Positions 53,637-63,675 are shown, counted from the stretch's first letter. The stretch is 64,000 nucleotides of DNA from Thermoplasmata archaeon (GCA_035504595.1 DATJRQ010000018.1:80143-144142); one strand, 5' to 3'. Made by a program: numbers and translations. The notes: generated by a model from the sequence alone, not told the origin.

Positions 53637-54837
53637 GCAGGCTCGCCGTCGCACCGGCCCGGCCCGACAGGCCCCCAGCCGGGAACGGATACGCGACGTC
53701 CTGGGTGAAGTCGACCGTCGTCCGCGCGCCGTCGAGCGGGCCGGGGAGCGCGTCGCGGAACGGGTCGAAGTCGTCGAGCGCCTCCCGTTCGAGCGGAACG
53801 ACCCGGAGCCCGGTGCCTCCGTGGAGCGAGCCCGGCAGCCGGATCAGCCGGTGGATGTCCGTCGTCACCGGCGCGTCGGTCTCCCCCTGGAGCTCGATCG
53901 CGGCCCGCGGCAGGACCGCGGCCAGGAACTCGTCCGGGACCTCCTTCTGGAACACCTCGAGGGTCCCGGTCTTCCGGATCTTCGCGGCCCCGTCGCCCTC
54001 GAGAAGGGCGCGCGCCCATTTCCTCGCTTTCGCCGGCGCGACCCCGAACCCGACCATCTCCTCGGCGGCCGCTTTGGGACCGACCTTCTGCCAGCGATCG
54101 AGCAGCTCGAGGACGGACCGGGTCGTTCGCCCCGACCAGCCGGGCGCGTCCGGCGCCACGAGATATCGGGCGCGCGGCACGGAGGAGCGGCCCCGCCGGG
54201 TCGTCGGTTCCTCGTCGCCCGACTCCCCGCCGACCGGGACGTCGACCGTCTGCTCGCGGGTTCGCACGGCCCGCAGGGGGTCGACCCCGGTCCCGAGCAC
54301 GTAGTCCACGAGCTCGCGCCGCTCCGGGCTCGTGAGCGAGCGGAACCCCTCGGCCCGAACGTGCACGTGGTACCCCCGGCCCCCGGAGAAGACGACCGCG
54401 GTCTCGCGCGGGTCGATCCCGAAGTCGCCGAAGAGGAAGTCATCGAGCAACGCCACGAGCTTCCGTTTCACGAGGGCGAGCTGGCCCTCGAAGCGCAACG
54501 ATTCGGCGCCGCGCAGGTGGTCGCTGTCGAGGTCGAAGATCAGGTCGGCGCCGAGCCACTCCTTCGCGGACATGTTCGTTTCGGCGGGATGGCGATAGTA
54601 CGCCGAGGAGTAGTACACATGCCGCGGCACCTCGGTCGTGAGGAACGCGCGAAACTCCTCGGGGGTCCGCAGGGTCGCGTGGCGGCGCATGAACGTCTCG
54701 GTGGCGAACGGGAACGCGGCGAACTCGCGACGCGTGAGCCGCTCGGGGGGATCGACCCGGGCGCGATGGTAGTAGTCCCCAAACACCGTCCGTGCCCACG
54801 CGAGCGTCGGCGCGTCCAGCGGGACGGTCTTCGCCAC
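53572..54837 (-). CDS. priS: DNA primase small (catalytic) subunit PriS
   Basis: Track ORF with the AEP catalytic motif LIFDLDSDH and SGGRGYHVHV. It also contains RLPGSLHGGTG. Confidence 0.9.
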   Translation of the reverse strand: MAKTVPLDAPTLAWARTVFGDYYHRARVDPPERLTRREFAAFPFATETFMRRHATLRTPEEFRAFLTTEVPRHVYYSSAYYRHPAETNMSAKEWLGADLIFDLDSDHLRGAESLRFEGQLALVKRKLVALLDDFLFGDFGIDPRETAVVFSGGRGYHVHVRAEGFRSLTSPERRELVDYVLGTGVDPLRAVRTREQTVDVPVGGESGDEEPTTRRGRSSVPRARYLVAPDAPGWSGRTTRSVLELLDRWQKVGPKAAAEEMVGFGVAPAKARKWARALLEGDGAAKIRKTGTLEVFQKEVPDEFLAAVLPRAAIELQGETDAPVTTDIHRLIRLPGSLHGGTGLRVVPLEREALDDFDPFRDALPGPLDGARTTVDFTQDVAYPFPAGGLSGRAGATASLPTPLALFLVLRGEAVLPTSPA

Positions 54838-54841
54838 CGCG

Positions 54842-55426
54842 TCACTCCGGCCCGTCGTCCGGTAGCGGCTCGACGGAACTCCGCCCGAGCAGGTCCTGCA
54901 CCGCGGCGTACCGTCGGGCGCGCGCGAGGAAGTGGAACACGGTCGAGTGCTCGCTCCCCTTCAGGAGCAGTTCGACCGCGTGGGTGCCGCGATCGAGCTG
55001 TTCCTCGTCCCCGATCAGGGCGACCGTCGACCCGTAGACGCTGATGGAGCACCCCGAGAGGTCCTCGAGCCGGGATCGGGCGCGCCCCCGGGTGCCGATC
55101 GCCCGCGCCCGGATCCGCCGGAGCGCGGCCTTCTCGTGCTTGCCTGTCGTGAACTTGATGTCGAGGATGGCGAGGTAGTCGCTGTCCTTCAGGAGCCGCA
55201 TCGCCCGCTCCGGCGAGAAACCGCGTCCGATCGCGACGACGATATCGCGCGCCTTCATCGCGCGCATCGGCTCGGCGTCCGGGCTCGAGATCGCGACCTC
55301 GCCTTCCTGGGTGTCGATGTCGAGGCGGGCGCCGGTCCGCGCGACGATCTCCTTCTTCGTGCGACCTCCCGGCCCGATCAGCGCGCCGATCCGGTCGTCG
55401 GGGATTCGCGCGAACAGCTCCGGCAT
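54842..55426 (-). CDS. KH-domain RNA-binding protein (Dim2/Pno1-like)
   Basis: Track ORF with GxxG loops (IGPGGRTKK, IGTRGRAR). It sits immediately downstream of a RIO kinase, a common archaeal pairing. Confidence 0.85.
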   Translation of the reverse strand: MPELFARIPDDRIGALIGPGGRTKKEIVARTGARLDIDTQEGEVAISSPDAEPMRAMKARDIVVAIGRGFSPERAMRLLKDSDYLAILDIKFTTGKHEKAALRRIRARAIGTRGRARSRLEDLSGCSISVYGSTVALIGDEEQLDRGTHAVELLLKGSEHSTVFHFLARARRYAAVQDLLGRSSVEPLPDDGPE

Positions 55427-55428
55427 CG

Positions 55429-56217
55429 CTACGCCTCCGCGGGGGCGGGGCCGAGGGAGTCCCCTCCCACCGCGTGCACGAACTCCGAGGTCGTCACGTC
55501 GACGCCGAGTCGGCCGAGGAACTTGGCGTAGTTGGCGAGGTCCCGTTCCAGAAGCGCCGCGGCCTGCGGATGGTCGGTCGGGATCGCTTGCGCGACGTCG
55601 ATCAGGACCACCTTGCCGTTCGCGAGGAGCGTATTGTACGGAGAGAGGTCGCCGTGCACGAGATGGGCGATCCGGACCATCTTTCCGATCTGTTCGACCA
55701 GGTCGCGGTAGACCGCCTCGGGGTCCTCGATCAGGGCATCCCGCAGCCGCGGGGCCGCCCCGTCGCCCTCGGAGATGAACTCCATCACGAGGACGTTCCG
55801 AAGGTGCGCGTACGGGTAGGGCACTCGCACCCCGGCGTCAGTTAATCGCCCGAGCAGGGTATGCTCGCGTCGGGTCCACGCGACGATCAGTCCCCCGTAG
55901 TTCCGAACGCTCGTCGTTCGGCGCAGCGCCTCGAGCGCGTACTCGGGGAGGTGTCGGAACGTCGTGTTCCCGATACGATACACCTTGACGGCGCGGAATT
56001 CATCGCCCTTGGTGGCGCGGAAGACACCGCCCTCTTTGCCGGTGGAGATCGGGTAGTCGATCGACTCGAACTGGCCTTGCGAGACGAGGCGCGATACCGC
56101 GAGGAGCGTCGCGTGGTCGAAGAACTCGTCCAGGAGCTTCCGCGCCTGGCCCTCCTTGCGTCGATCCTCCGTCCGCTCCTTGCGGCGGGGGAAGACGAGG
56201 TCCTCGGCGCGGGGCAT
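55429..56217 (-). CDS. rio1: RIO1-type serine protein kinase
   Basis: Track ORF 55429..56331(-), start ATG 56217 (MPRAEDLVF...). ISTGKEGGVF (STGKEA-type loop), catalytic VHGDLSPYN and IDVAQA are present. There is no N-terminal wHTH, so Rio1 rather than Rio2. Confidence 0.9.
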   Translation of the reverse strand: MPRAEDLVFPRRKERTEDRRKEGQARKLLDEFFDHATLLAVSRLVSQGQFESIDYPISTGKEGGVFRATKGDEFRAVKVYRIGNTTFRHLPEYALEALRRTTSVRNYGGLIVAWTRREHTLLGRLTDAGVRVPYPYAHLRNVLVMEFISEGDGAAPRLRDALIEDPEAVYRDLVEQIGKMVRIAHLVHGDLSPYNTLLANGKVVLIDVAQAIPTDHPQAAALLERDLANYAKFLGRLGVDVTTSEFVHAVGGDSLGPAPAEA

Positions 56218-56301
56218 TACCGTGACGTACCGTCCCCCCGACTTAGGCTCTCGGGACGGTGGCCCCGGCGGACGTAGGCACGTGGCGCGACTGTAACCAC
56301 G

Positions 56302-56308
56302 TCTATAT
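56302..56308 (+). promoter_or_regulatory. TATA-like box TCTATAT
   Basis: Located 26-32 nt upstream of ATG 56334. Confidence 0.5.
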
Positions 56309-56333
56309 CCCTCCCTCCGGGCCTGGTACATCG

Positions 56334-56903
56334 ATGGCGCTGCTCGGCATGACCCCCGGTCCCCGGCCGGTGTCCCCCACGCCGGGCGGTGGGTCGGCCC
56401 CGGAGTTCCACGGCCCGTTCCCCGCGGCCCGCCTCCTCGAAGGCACGGCCGATTATGACGCGGTCTTCCGGGTCGTTCGGTCGGCAGTGCACCAGGTGCT
56501 CGGGATCGAGCGGCCCGGCCTCGGACTGGGGCTCTCCAACCTTCCGCCGTACGTCGGGGCCTACTGGCAGGTCACCGGGAACCTCATCGTGATGAACGAG
56601 GGACTCGTCCAGGCGATGAAGGCGAACGCCGAATCCCCCCTTGAGTTCAACAGCTTCGTCTACGTGATACTCGCCCACGAGTACCTGCATTCGCTCGGGT
56701 ACCTGGACGAGTCCGCAGTCCGGAAAGTGACGGCGTACGTGACCCGGACGGCGTTCGGCCCGGACCATGTGGCGACCCGCATGGCCGAGGGGGACCTCTG
56801 GCGCCAGTATCCGTTCCTTGCCTACGCCCCCGGCGGGAACGGACAGCGGCTCAAGGTCGTCTCGCGGTTTGACCTCGCGAGCACCCAGAACTACATCCGA
56901 TAA
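56334..56903 (+). CDS. hypothetical protein with HEXXH motif (putative minimal zinc metalloprotease)
   Basis: Track ORF 56259..56903, start ATG 56334. Contains ILAHEYLHSLGYLDE. No signal peptide or TM helix. Confidence 0.6.
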   Translation: MALLGMTPGPRPVSPTPGGGSAPEFHGPFPAARLLEGTADYDAVFRVVRSAVHQVLGIERPGLGLGLSNLPPYVGAYWQVTGNLIVMNEGLVQAMKANAESPLEFNSFVYVILAHEYLHSLGYLDESAVRKVTAYVTRTAFGPDHVATRMAEGDLWRQYPFLAYAPGGNGQRLKVVSRFDLASTQNYIR

Positions 56904-56968
56904 GCTCGCCGGGCGGCGAGAACCTTCGCCGGGCTTATCTTCGACTCCGACTTTCGCCGCCCCGCTCC

Positions 56969-57439
56969 ATGACCGGGGTCAACGACTCCATCGGCATCGC
57001 GATCGTGATCGTCGGGCTCGCGCTGCTCGTTTTTGAGCTCGTGCACCCGGGCGCGCTCCTGATCATCCCGGCGTCGATCCTGCTGGTGGCCGGGTTCCTG
57101 TACCTGTTCCTGCCGAACGTGCTGCTCAACAGCGTCGAGGGGCCCGTCATCGTCGTGGTCGCCGCCATTCTCGGCGCCCTGATCGAGGTGCCGTATTACC
57201 GGTGGGTGGCGCCGGTGCATCGACCGATGAGCACGACCAGCGGCGGGCTGGTCGGTGAGGAGGCGATCGTCGTCACGCCGGTCGAGCCGAACAACATCCG
57301 CGGCAAGGTGAAGGTGAAGTCCGAGATCTGGTCGGCCCGCTCCGACAAGCCGATCCCCGTCGGGACCCGGGTACGGGTCGTCCACGGCGAGGGCGTTTCC
57401 GTGACCGTACAGCCGATCGACTCGCCGCCGGCGAACTGA
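56969..57439 (+). CDS. NfeD-family membrane protein (short form, C-terminal OB-fold, no protease domain)
   Basis: Track ORF with about 3 TM helices, then GEEAIVVTPVEP..GKVKVKSEIWSARSD..IPVGTRVRVV. It lies directly upstream of a stomatin gene. Confidence 0.85.
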   Translation: MTGVNDSIGIAIVIVGLALLVFELVHPGALLIIPASILLVAGFLYLFLPNVLLNSVEGPVIVVVAAILGALIEVPYYRWVAPVHRPMSTTSGGLVGEEAIVVTPVEPNNIRGKVKVKSEIWSARSDKPIPVGTRVRVVHGEGVSVTVQPIDSPPAN

Positions 57440-57453
57440 GGAGAACGAACACC

Positions 57454-58692
57454 ATGGACTACACGGACGTCATCGTAGCGATACTGCTGATCCTGGTCAT
57501 CCTGCTCGTGCTGCTGACACGGATGATCTACACGATCGCACCGTACCAGCAGGGGATCGTCACGCTCCTCGGCTCGTACAAACGGATGATCAACCCCGGG
57601 TTCAACATGGTGAGCCCGCTCGCCCAGGTGCTCAAGATCGACCTTCGTACGCAGGTACTCGAAGTTCCGCGCCAGGAGGTCATCACCAAGGACAACTCGC
57701 CGACCAACGTCGACGCGATCATCTACATCAAAGTGGTCGACGCGCCGAAGGCGATCTTCCAGGTTCAGAACTACCAGGTCGCCACGCTCGCCCTCGCCCA
57801 GACGACCCTCCGGTCGATCATCGGCGACATGGAGCTCGACGAAGTGCTGTACAACCGCGAGCGGATCAACGCCCGGCTCCGGGACATCCTCGACGAGTCC
57901 ACTGACAAGTGGGGCGTACGCGTCGACGCGGTCGAGATCAAGGAAGTCGACCCCGTCGGTCCGGTCAAGACCGCGATGGAGGAGCAAACCTCCGCGGAAC
58001 GCCAGCGGCGGGCCGCGGTGCTGCGCGCGGACGGCGAGAAGCGGAGCGCGATCCTCGTTTCCGAGGGGCAGAAGCGTTCTCGCATCCTGCAGGCCGAAGG
58101 CGTTCGGCAGTCGCAGATCCTCGAGGCCGAAGGGGCTCGGGTCGCGACGATCCTTGAGGCCCAGGGAGAGGCGCAGCGGCTCCGGATCCTTGCGCTCGGC
58201 GCGGGCACCCTGGACGCGAAGGCCCTGACCGTCCTGTCGCTCGACACCGTCGCGCAGGTCGGCAACGGACAGGCGACGAAGATCCTGTTCCCGTTCGAGT
58301 TCTCGCGCCTGATGGAAGGCGCGTCCGAGTACCTCGGCACGAGCCGCCAGGTACCCGACCGACCGCTCAACTCGTTGAACGACCTCGAGGCGCGCATCGG
58401 CTCGATGGACGATATTCTCGGGCCGATCCCGAAGCAGGAAGAGCTGCTCACCGAGATCAAGACGATCGAGGAAGAGATCAAGGCGGAATCCGAGGACTCC
58501 TCGAGCGTGGTGAGCTCGTTCGGGAAGGGCGGTCGCACCGCCGCCGTCGGGCCCGACCTCCCCGATGCGGACGGCTTCGCACCGCCGCCGGCCCCGGTGG
58601 CCCAGTCGGGTGTCGCCGCTTCCGCGGGTCCCTCCCCGCAGACCGGGGCAGCGGACCCCAAGAAGCAGCGACCGTCCTCATCGGCCAAGTAG
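57454..58692 (+). CDS. SPFH/band-7 (stomatin/prohibitin-like) protein with long low-complexity tail
   Basis: Track ORF with an N-terminal TM helix and SPFH core (ITKDNSPTNVDAIIYIKVVD). A coiled-coil region precedes an Ala/Pro/Ser-rich C-terminus. Confidence 0.9.
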   Translation: MDYTDVIVAILLILVILLVLLTRMIYTIAPYQQGIVTLLGSYKRMINPGFNMVSPLAQVLKIDLRTQVLEVPRQEVITKDNSPTNVDAIIYIKVVDAPKAIFQVQNYQVATLALAQTTLRSIIGDMELDEVLYNRERINARLRDILDESTDKWGVRVDAVEIKEVDPVGPVKTAMEEQTSAERQRRAAVLRADGEKRSAILVSEGQKRSRILQAEGVRQSQILEAEGARVATILEAQGEAQRLRILALGAGTLDAKALTVLSLDTVAQVGNGQATKILFPFEFSRLMEGASEYLGTSRQVPDRPLNSLNDLEARIGSMDDILGPIPKQEELLTEIKTIEEEIKAESEDSSSVVSSFGKGGRTAAVGPDLPDADGFAPPPAPVAQSGVAASAGPSPQTGAADPKKQRPSSSAK

Positions 58693-58718
58693 CCGTCCGA
58701 GACGCCGGGCGGGCATCG

Positions 58719-58946
58719 ATGAAGATCTATTCGGAGCGTCTCGCGATCAAGTACCTCGTGTCGGACCACGGGGTCTGCCTCGGCGTCGACATGAAGGACC
58801 GCTCGTACCTGTTCCTGATGTCGAGGCGCGGGGTGGTGCTCGAGCGACGCCCGTGGGGCGACACGGTGGTCGAGGACCTCGACTACGAGATCCCCGCCAT
58901 CGCGGACGCCCTCGCCGAGGAGCACTCGGCCCGTTCGAACGCGTAG
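58719..58946 (+). CDS. small hypothetical protein (75 aa)
   Basis: Track ORF with very high third-position GC and normal composition. It lies 26 nt after the stomatin stop. Confidence 0.55.
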   Translation: MKIYSERLAIKYLVSDHGVCLGVDMKDRSYLFLMSRRGVVLERRPWGDTVVEDLDYEIPAIADALAEEHSARSNA

Positions 58947-59018
58947 CGCCGCCGGCCGTGCGAAGCGGGGACCGCGACGCGGCCGGTTCCGGGCCGTCAC
59001 CCGGCCGCGCGCGCGGTA

Positions 59019-60125
59019 CTAGAGGATGCGACCGGCCCGAATGACCGGGGTGCCGTCGACGGCGATCTCGGCGCCGGCGAGCGAGAACCAGGTGAAGAAA
59101 TTCGACCGGTTGGATCCGTTGAGGAACCGGTTCCCGCCGATCTGCAAGGAAACGCTGCCGCCCTCAACCGTCTCGAGGTTCGGAATGTCCGTGACGGCGG
59201 GGTTCAGCCCGAACTTGAGAATGCTGGCGCGGTCCTTGCCCGCGGTGCCGCTCTTGTACTGACGGGCCAACTCCCGTCCCCCTTCCTTCACCGAGTAGTT
59301 GGCCAGCTTGCCATGCACGAATCTCAGGGCGCCTCCGGCGTGCCAGTTCCACCAGATGTTGGTCCGACGGTTGGCGTGAAAGCTCCCCTCCGCGGTCTTG
59401 GAGTCGAGCGCGACGTCGACCGTTCCCGCCGGGGCTTGCTGGAGCATCCCCGAGGCGGGATCGCCCTTTCTCCACGGCTTCGGTCTCCCGTCGGTCAGGC
59501 GAAGTCCCGCGCCGGCCAGGCCGACTTCCACGTCGGTGCCGTTGGAATGCGTGATCCGGACCGTCGTTCCGTTCGCGAGGGCTTTGCTCAGCCGCGCGCC
59601 GCTCTTGGCCATCACCTCGGGGTCGGTGAGCAGGGCCTGCTGCATGCCTTCCTCCCACCGGGCGAGGTCCAAACGCCATTCTTTGGCCCGTTGCGCGGTC
59701 ACGAAACCGCTGGTCATCCGGACCCCGCGGAGCCCCGCCTTTCGGGCGACCTCGTACCACGGCCAGTTCCAGTCGAAGGCGTCATTGGCGCTGTCGGGAA
59801 ACGTTTCGAGCCGGTCGGTATCGCCCGGCCCCCAGAAGTTCACGTACACGTCGGCGGCGCGCAGCGCAGCCCACTCGGGGGCGCTCGACTCCCCGAGGAG
59901 CCTGCTCTGCTTCCGGTCGATGGCACGCCACCATGAGTTCTCGTCGCCGTACAGGAAGAGCACCCGGCCGCCGACCCGGCGGACCTCGTCCACCATCGCC
60001 GACGCCATCGGCATCGTGTGGTCCCATGACTCGATGATCACGTTCTCCCCCGCGCGGACCCGGAGATACTTGGTCACAACGCTGCGGGCCGCGACGCGCT
60101 GCCGCTTGGACGGAGTCTTTGGCAT
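59019..60125 (-). CDS. aminopeptidase, M29 (AmpS/aminopeptidase T)-like (tentative)
   Basis: Track ORF 59019..60230(-), start ATG 60125 (MPKTPSKRQ...). Overall resemblance to COG2309-type proteins is recalled from memory, with no sharp motif. TACAAATA box lies 26-33 nt upstream. Confidence 0.55.
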   Translation of the reverse strand: MPKTPSKRQRVAARSVVTKYLRVRAGENVIIESWDHTMPMASAMVDEVRRVGGRVLFLYGDENSWWRAIDRKQSRLLGESSAPEWAALRAADVYVNFWGPGDTDRLETFPDSANDAFDWNWPWYEVARKAGLRGVRMTSGFVTAQRAKEWRLDLARWEEGMQQALLTDPEVMAKSGARLSKALANGTTVRITHSNGTDVEVGLAGAGLRLTDGRPKPWRKGDPASGMLQQAPAGTVDVALDSKTAEGSFHANRRTNIWWNWHAGGALRFVHGKLANYSVKEGGRELARQYKSGTAGKDRASILKFGLNPAVTDIPNLETVEGGSVSLQIGGNRFLNGSNRSNFFTWFSLAGAEIAVDGTPVIRAGRIL

Positions 60126-60267
60126 GGCCCGGGGCCTACCTCGGCCCGCGTATTTGTACACGGCGGGAGGTCGTGGAACGGTGGGCCGCTCGTCGCCGAC
60201 GGTGGCCCTTCCCGCCGACGCCCCGGCCACCCGTCAGGCGTCGCGACCACCTGCTGCGGATGCCGGC

Positions 60268-61059
60268 CTAGCGGACTGGCGTCACTCGACGACGGTCCAT
60301 CGATCCCCAGCGATCCGGGGCGAAAAATCCCCGCAACAGTTTGCCATACACGAACGGTGCGTGGACCACCGCACGAGGTCGGCGACTGTTCAGCGAGATC
60401 AGAAGGACGACCTCGGCGGCGTTGGCGAGCTCGTAGGCGCTCACGCCGGCCGCGCGTCGCAGCTGCGCCCCTTGCCATTCGGGCCAGTTCCGGACGCGGT
60501 AGATCGCCCGGTGCTCCATCGCGTCCGGCACGTAGCGGACGCGGAGGTGCTGCCGGCGAACTGCACGACGGAGATAGAACGTCTCGGCTCCTTGCGCCTC
60601 GGGGGGAATGGCGACCGACGTGGCCCATTTCCGACGGAGCAGCGTGAGTCCCAAGGGCAAACCGTAGAGGAAGCGGTGCCCGACCGACGCGCCGACCACC
60701 GCCGCCGTGCGCGGTTTTTCGAGCTCCTCGAGCGCCCGTTCATAGAAGTCGGGGCGCCGGACGATCACGTCCCCGTCGAGGAACAGTACGAGGTCCGACG
60801 TCGCGAGCGAGAGGGCGAGCGTTCGGGCGTAGCCGAGCCCGACCTCTTCGAAGTGGAGCTCGGCCCCAAACTGGCGGGCGATCTCCGCGGTGCGGTCCGT
60901 GCTGTGACGATCGACGACGATCAGCTTCCCGATCGGAAGGTGCGCTCGAGCCGCCGCGAGGCACGCATGCAGGTCGCGGGCGGAGTTGAACGTGGCGAGC
61001 AGAACGTCGACCGGTGGCGTCGGCGCACCCCGCCCCGGTCGTCCCTCCCCTCGCCCCAC
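60268..61059 (-). CDS. family 2 glycosyltransferase
   Basis: Track ORF with VDVLLATFNSA (GT-A N-terminus), VVDRHSTDRT and the DxD-type LFLDGDV. Confidence 0.8.
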   Translation of the reverse strand: MGRGEGRPGRGAPTPPVDVLLATFNSARDLHACLAAARAHLPIGKLIVVDRHSTDRTAEIARQFGAELHFEEVGLGYARTLALSLATSDLVLFLDGDVIVRRPDFYERALEELEKPRTAAVVGASVGHRFLYGLPLGLTLLRRKWATSVAIPPEAQGAETFYLRRAVRRQHLRVRYVPDAMEHRAIYRVRNWPEWQGAQLRRAAGVSAYELANAAEVVLLISLNSRRPRAVVHAPFVYGKLLRGFFAPDRWGSMDRRRVTPVR

Positions 61060-61115
61060 GGGTCAAGCGATTGCGCACCACCTATAAGCGGCGGCGATGA
61101 CTCCCAGCCACGAAT

Positions 61116-61907
61116 ATGAGCGAGCCGATCCTGACGCACCGGGAGGGGGCCGTCGTAGAGATCCGGATCAACCGACCCGACCGGCTGAACGCGATCGACG
61201 TCCCGACCTTCGCGTTGTTTCGCAAGGAGCTCCAGGCGGCGGCCCTGGACCGGGGCGTGCGCGCGGTCATCTTGACCGGAGAGGGTCGCGCGTTCTCGGC
61301 CGGGGGCGATGTCGCGACGATGGACGAGCATCGTGCCCGGGGAACACTCCCCCTCCTCTTCCACGACCTCACCGCGGGCCAGGAGCTCGCGATCCGGGAG
61401 ATCGTCGGGATGCGAAAGCCGGTGCTCGCCTCTCTGCCGGGGGTCGCTGCCGGCGGAGGACTTTCCCTCGCGCTGGCCGCGGACTGGAGGATCGCCGCGG
61501 AGAACGCCGTCCTGGTCCCCGCGTTCCCCGGGCTCGGTGCGGTACCGGACGGCGGGCTCACGTACTTCCTCCCCCATTTCCTCGGCATCGGGCTGGCTCA
61601 GGAGATTCTCTTCTCGAACGCGAAGATCCCCGCCGTCCGCGCGCGCGAGCTCGGTCTCGTTCACGAGATCGTCCCGCCCGCCGAACTGGACGTCCGAGCG
61701 TGGGCCCGCGCCCAGGAACTGGCGGCGGGTCCAACGTTCGCGTACGGCTGGATGAAGCGGCTCATGACCGCGGCGTTCAGCGAGAGCCTCGAGAGCCAGA
61801 TGATGCTCGAGCGGCGAGGCGCAGTGGAGGCGGCCGAAGGGACGGAGCTCCCCGAGGGCATCCGAGCGTTCCGGGAGAAGCGTACGCCGAGATTCGGCGG
61901 TCCTTAG
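61116..61907 (+). CDS. enoyl-CoA hydratase/isomerase family protein
   Basis: Track ORF with crotonase motifs INRPDRLNA, FSAGGD and GVAAGGGLSLALAAD. Confidence 0.9.
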   Translation: MSEPILTHREGAVVEIRINRPDRLNAIDVPTFALFRKELQAAALDRGVRAVILTGEGRAFSAGGDVATMDEHRARGTLPLLFHDLTAGQELAIREIVGMRKPVLASLPGVAAGGGLSLALAADWRIAAENAVLVPAFPGLGAVPDGGLTYFLPHFLGIGLAQEILFSNAKIPAVRARELGLVHEIVPPAELDVRAWARAQELAAGPTFAYGWMKRLMTAAFSESLESQMMLERRGAVEAAEGTELPEGIRAFREKRTPRFGGP

Positions 61908-62527
61908 GGGGCAACGGGGCCGGTCCATGGGCGCTCGAGCGAGGACTCGAGGCGCCTCCGCACGTCCGGCCACTCGCGATCGAGGATGCTGAAGAACACC
62001 GAGGAACGAAGGTATCCGTCGGGGAGCAGCGCGTCCTCCCGATGGACGCCCTCACGAACCGCTCCGAGACGCGCGATGGCGGCCTGCGAGCGTTCGTTGC
62101 GCAGGTCGGTCTGGAGTTGCACCCGGTGCGCGTGCTCCCTTTCGAACGCATGGCCGAGCATCAGGAGCTTCGACTCCGAGTTTACCGGGGTACGCCAGTA
62201 CTCCGGGGCGAACCACGTGCCTCCGACCTCGACCGACCGGTTCTCGCGATCGACGCGCAGGAACCGGGTCATTCCAATCGGACGGCGGTCGGGGAGGATC
62301 GTGGCGGTGAACGGCAACCCGGTCCCTGCGGTCTGCTCGGCGAGTATCACGTCGATCACGTGGTCCATGTCCCGCGCCGAGCCGACCGAGCCGACGCGGA
62401 GGTAGCGGAAGACCGCGGGGTCGCGAGCTGCGGCGAACAGAGCGTCCCGGTGCCCCCGGAGCAGCGGCACGAGCTCGATGTACCGACCGCGAAGGGAGAC
62501 CGGGGTTCGGAAGCTGTGCTCGTCCAT
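61904..62527 (-). CDS. GNAT N-acetyltransferase (RimJ/RimL-like)
   Basis: Track ORF 61904..62620(-), start ATG 62527 ([22 protein letters not shown]...). [27 protein letters not shown] is typical of this subfamily. Confidence 0.85.
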   Translation of the reverse strand: MDEHSFRTPVSLRGRYIELVPLLRGHRDALFAAARDPAVFRYLRVGSVGSARDMDHVIDVILAEQTAGTGLPFTATILPDRRPIGMTRFLRVDRENRSVEVGGTWFAPEYWRTPVNSESKLLMLGHAFEREHAHRVQLQTDLRNERSQAAIARLGAVREGVHREDALLPDGYLRSSVFFSILDREWPDVRRRLESSLERPWTGPVAP

Positions 62528-62606
62528 TTTCCGTCCGCACCGGACCCGATTCCATAACGGCAACGGAGGCCCGGGGCGCGACGATTCGCGTCCGGGCCGG
62601 TGGAGG

Positions 62607-62614
62607 TTAAATAA
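62607..62614 (+). promoter_or_regulatory. TATA box TTAAATAA for the nuo/fpo operon
   Basis: Located 48-55 nt upstream of GTG 62662. AGGAGG at 62651-62656 supplies a Shine-Dalgarno on the short leader. Confidence 0.5.
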
Positions 62615-62661
62615 CGTCAAGAGGTCGTCAAATTGTCACCGGCGACCGGTAGGAGGTTTCG

Positions 62662-63027
62662 GTGGAAGCGGGCACCACGACGTTCCTGGTTTTCGTGTTC
62701 GTCGCCGCCGCCTTCGGCGTGGGATCCATCGTCGCGAACCGAACGCTGGGCGCCAAGCGTCGCCAGTCGTACCTCCAGTTGACGACCTACGAATGCGGGG
62801 AGGAGGCCGAGGGAGAGGCGCAGATCGACTTCCCGACGCAGCACTACACGTTCGCGATCGTCTTCGTCGCGGTGGACGTCCTGGGATTCATCCTGGCCCT
62901 CTGGGCCCTGACCTTCCGGGGACCGAACTCGGCGTGGTTCCCGATCTTTATCGCGGTCGGGTTCACGGCGCTCGCGATCACCGGAATCTACTACGCGCTG
63001 AGCGGCGAGAAGAGGTGGGTGATCTGA
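62662..63027 (+). CDS. nuoA: NADH-quinone (or F420H2/ferredoxin) oxidoreductase subunit A
   Basis: Track ORF with three TM helices and the conserved YECG motif (TTYECGEEA). Confidence 0.9.
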   Translation: MEAGTTTFLVFVFVAAAFGVGSIVANRTLGAKRRQSYLQLTTYECGEEAEGEAQIDFPTQHYTFAIVFVAVDVLGFILALWALTFRGPNSAWFPIFIAVGFTALAITGIYYALSGEKRWVI

Positions 63028-63098
63028 CGACCCCCGCAGCGCAGACCGCACCGCCGCGGCGCGCGGCGGAGGAGTTCCGCCTCGAGGGGGAGCTGCCC

Positions 63099-63641
63099 AT
63101 GGCGACCTCGGCCGCGGTCCCGTTCCTCGAGCTCGAGACGCTCCGCGCGAAGGAGTTCATCCCGGCCGCTCGAGAGGCGCTCTCCTCCATGATCGCAGAG
63201 CAGGGGCAGGCGAAAGTGATCCGCCCCGTGTTCAACTGGGCGGGCCGGAACTCCCTGTTCCCGTTGCACTGGGGCCTTGCGTGCTGCGCGATCGAGTTCG
63301 CGGCGGCGTTCGGTGCCCGCTGGGACGCCGAGCGGTTCGGGGTCGTCCCGCGGTCGTCGCCTCGGCAGTGCGACCTGATGATCGTGAACGGCACCGTCAC
63401 CTGGAAGGTCGCGCACAAACTGATCACGCTCTACGAGCAGATGCCCGAGCCGAAGTGGGTCATCGCCATGGGGAACTGCGCGACCGGGGGCGGCCCGTTC
63501 CGCACCGCGTACTCCGTCGTGCCGGGCGTGGACAAGCTCGTTCCCGTCGACATCTACATCGCGGGGTGCCCGCCGCGGCCCGAGGCGATGTTGGACGGGA
63601 TCCTGAAACTCGAGGAACTGATTCGGGAGCGCAAGGAATAG
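63099..63641 (+). CDS. nuoB: NADH-quinone oxidoreductase subunit B (N2 Fe-S subunit)
   Basis: C-terminal part of track ORF 62478..63641 with [17 protein letters not shown] and GCPPRPE. Preferred start is ATG 63099, preceded by GAGGGGGAG. Alternative GTG 63015 overlaps nuoA. Confidence 0.9.
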   Translation: MATSAAVPFLELETLRAKEFIPAAREALSSMIAEQGQAKVIRPVFNWAGRNSLFPLHWGLACCAIEFAAAFGARWDAERFGVVPRSSPRQCDLMIVNGTVTWKVAHKLITLYEQMPEPKWVIAMGNCATGGGPFRTAYSVVPGVDKLVPVDIYIAGCPPRPEAMLDGILKLEELIRERKE

Positions 63642-63675
63642 GCGGCGCCCCGACCCCGCCGAAGGAGAGAGAGCG

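Noticed and set aside
2790-55000. Replication origin, prompted by RFC, FEN1 and PriS genes
   Set aside because: No orc1/cdc6 gene and no ORB-like long inverted repeats were found. The only A/T-rich island (46.6 kb) is short and better explained as a regulatory or iteron region.
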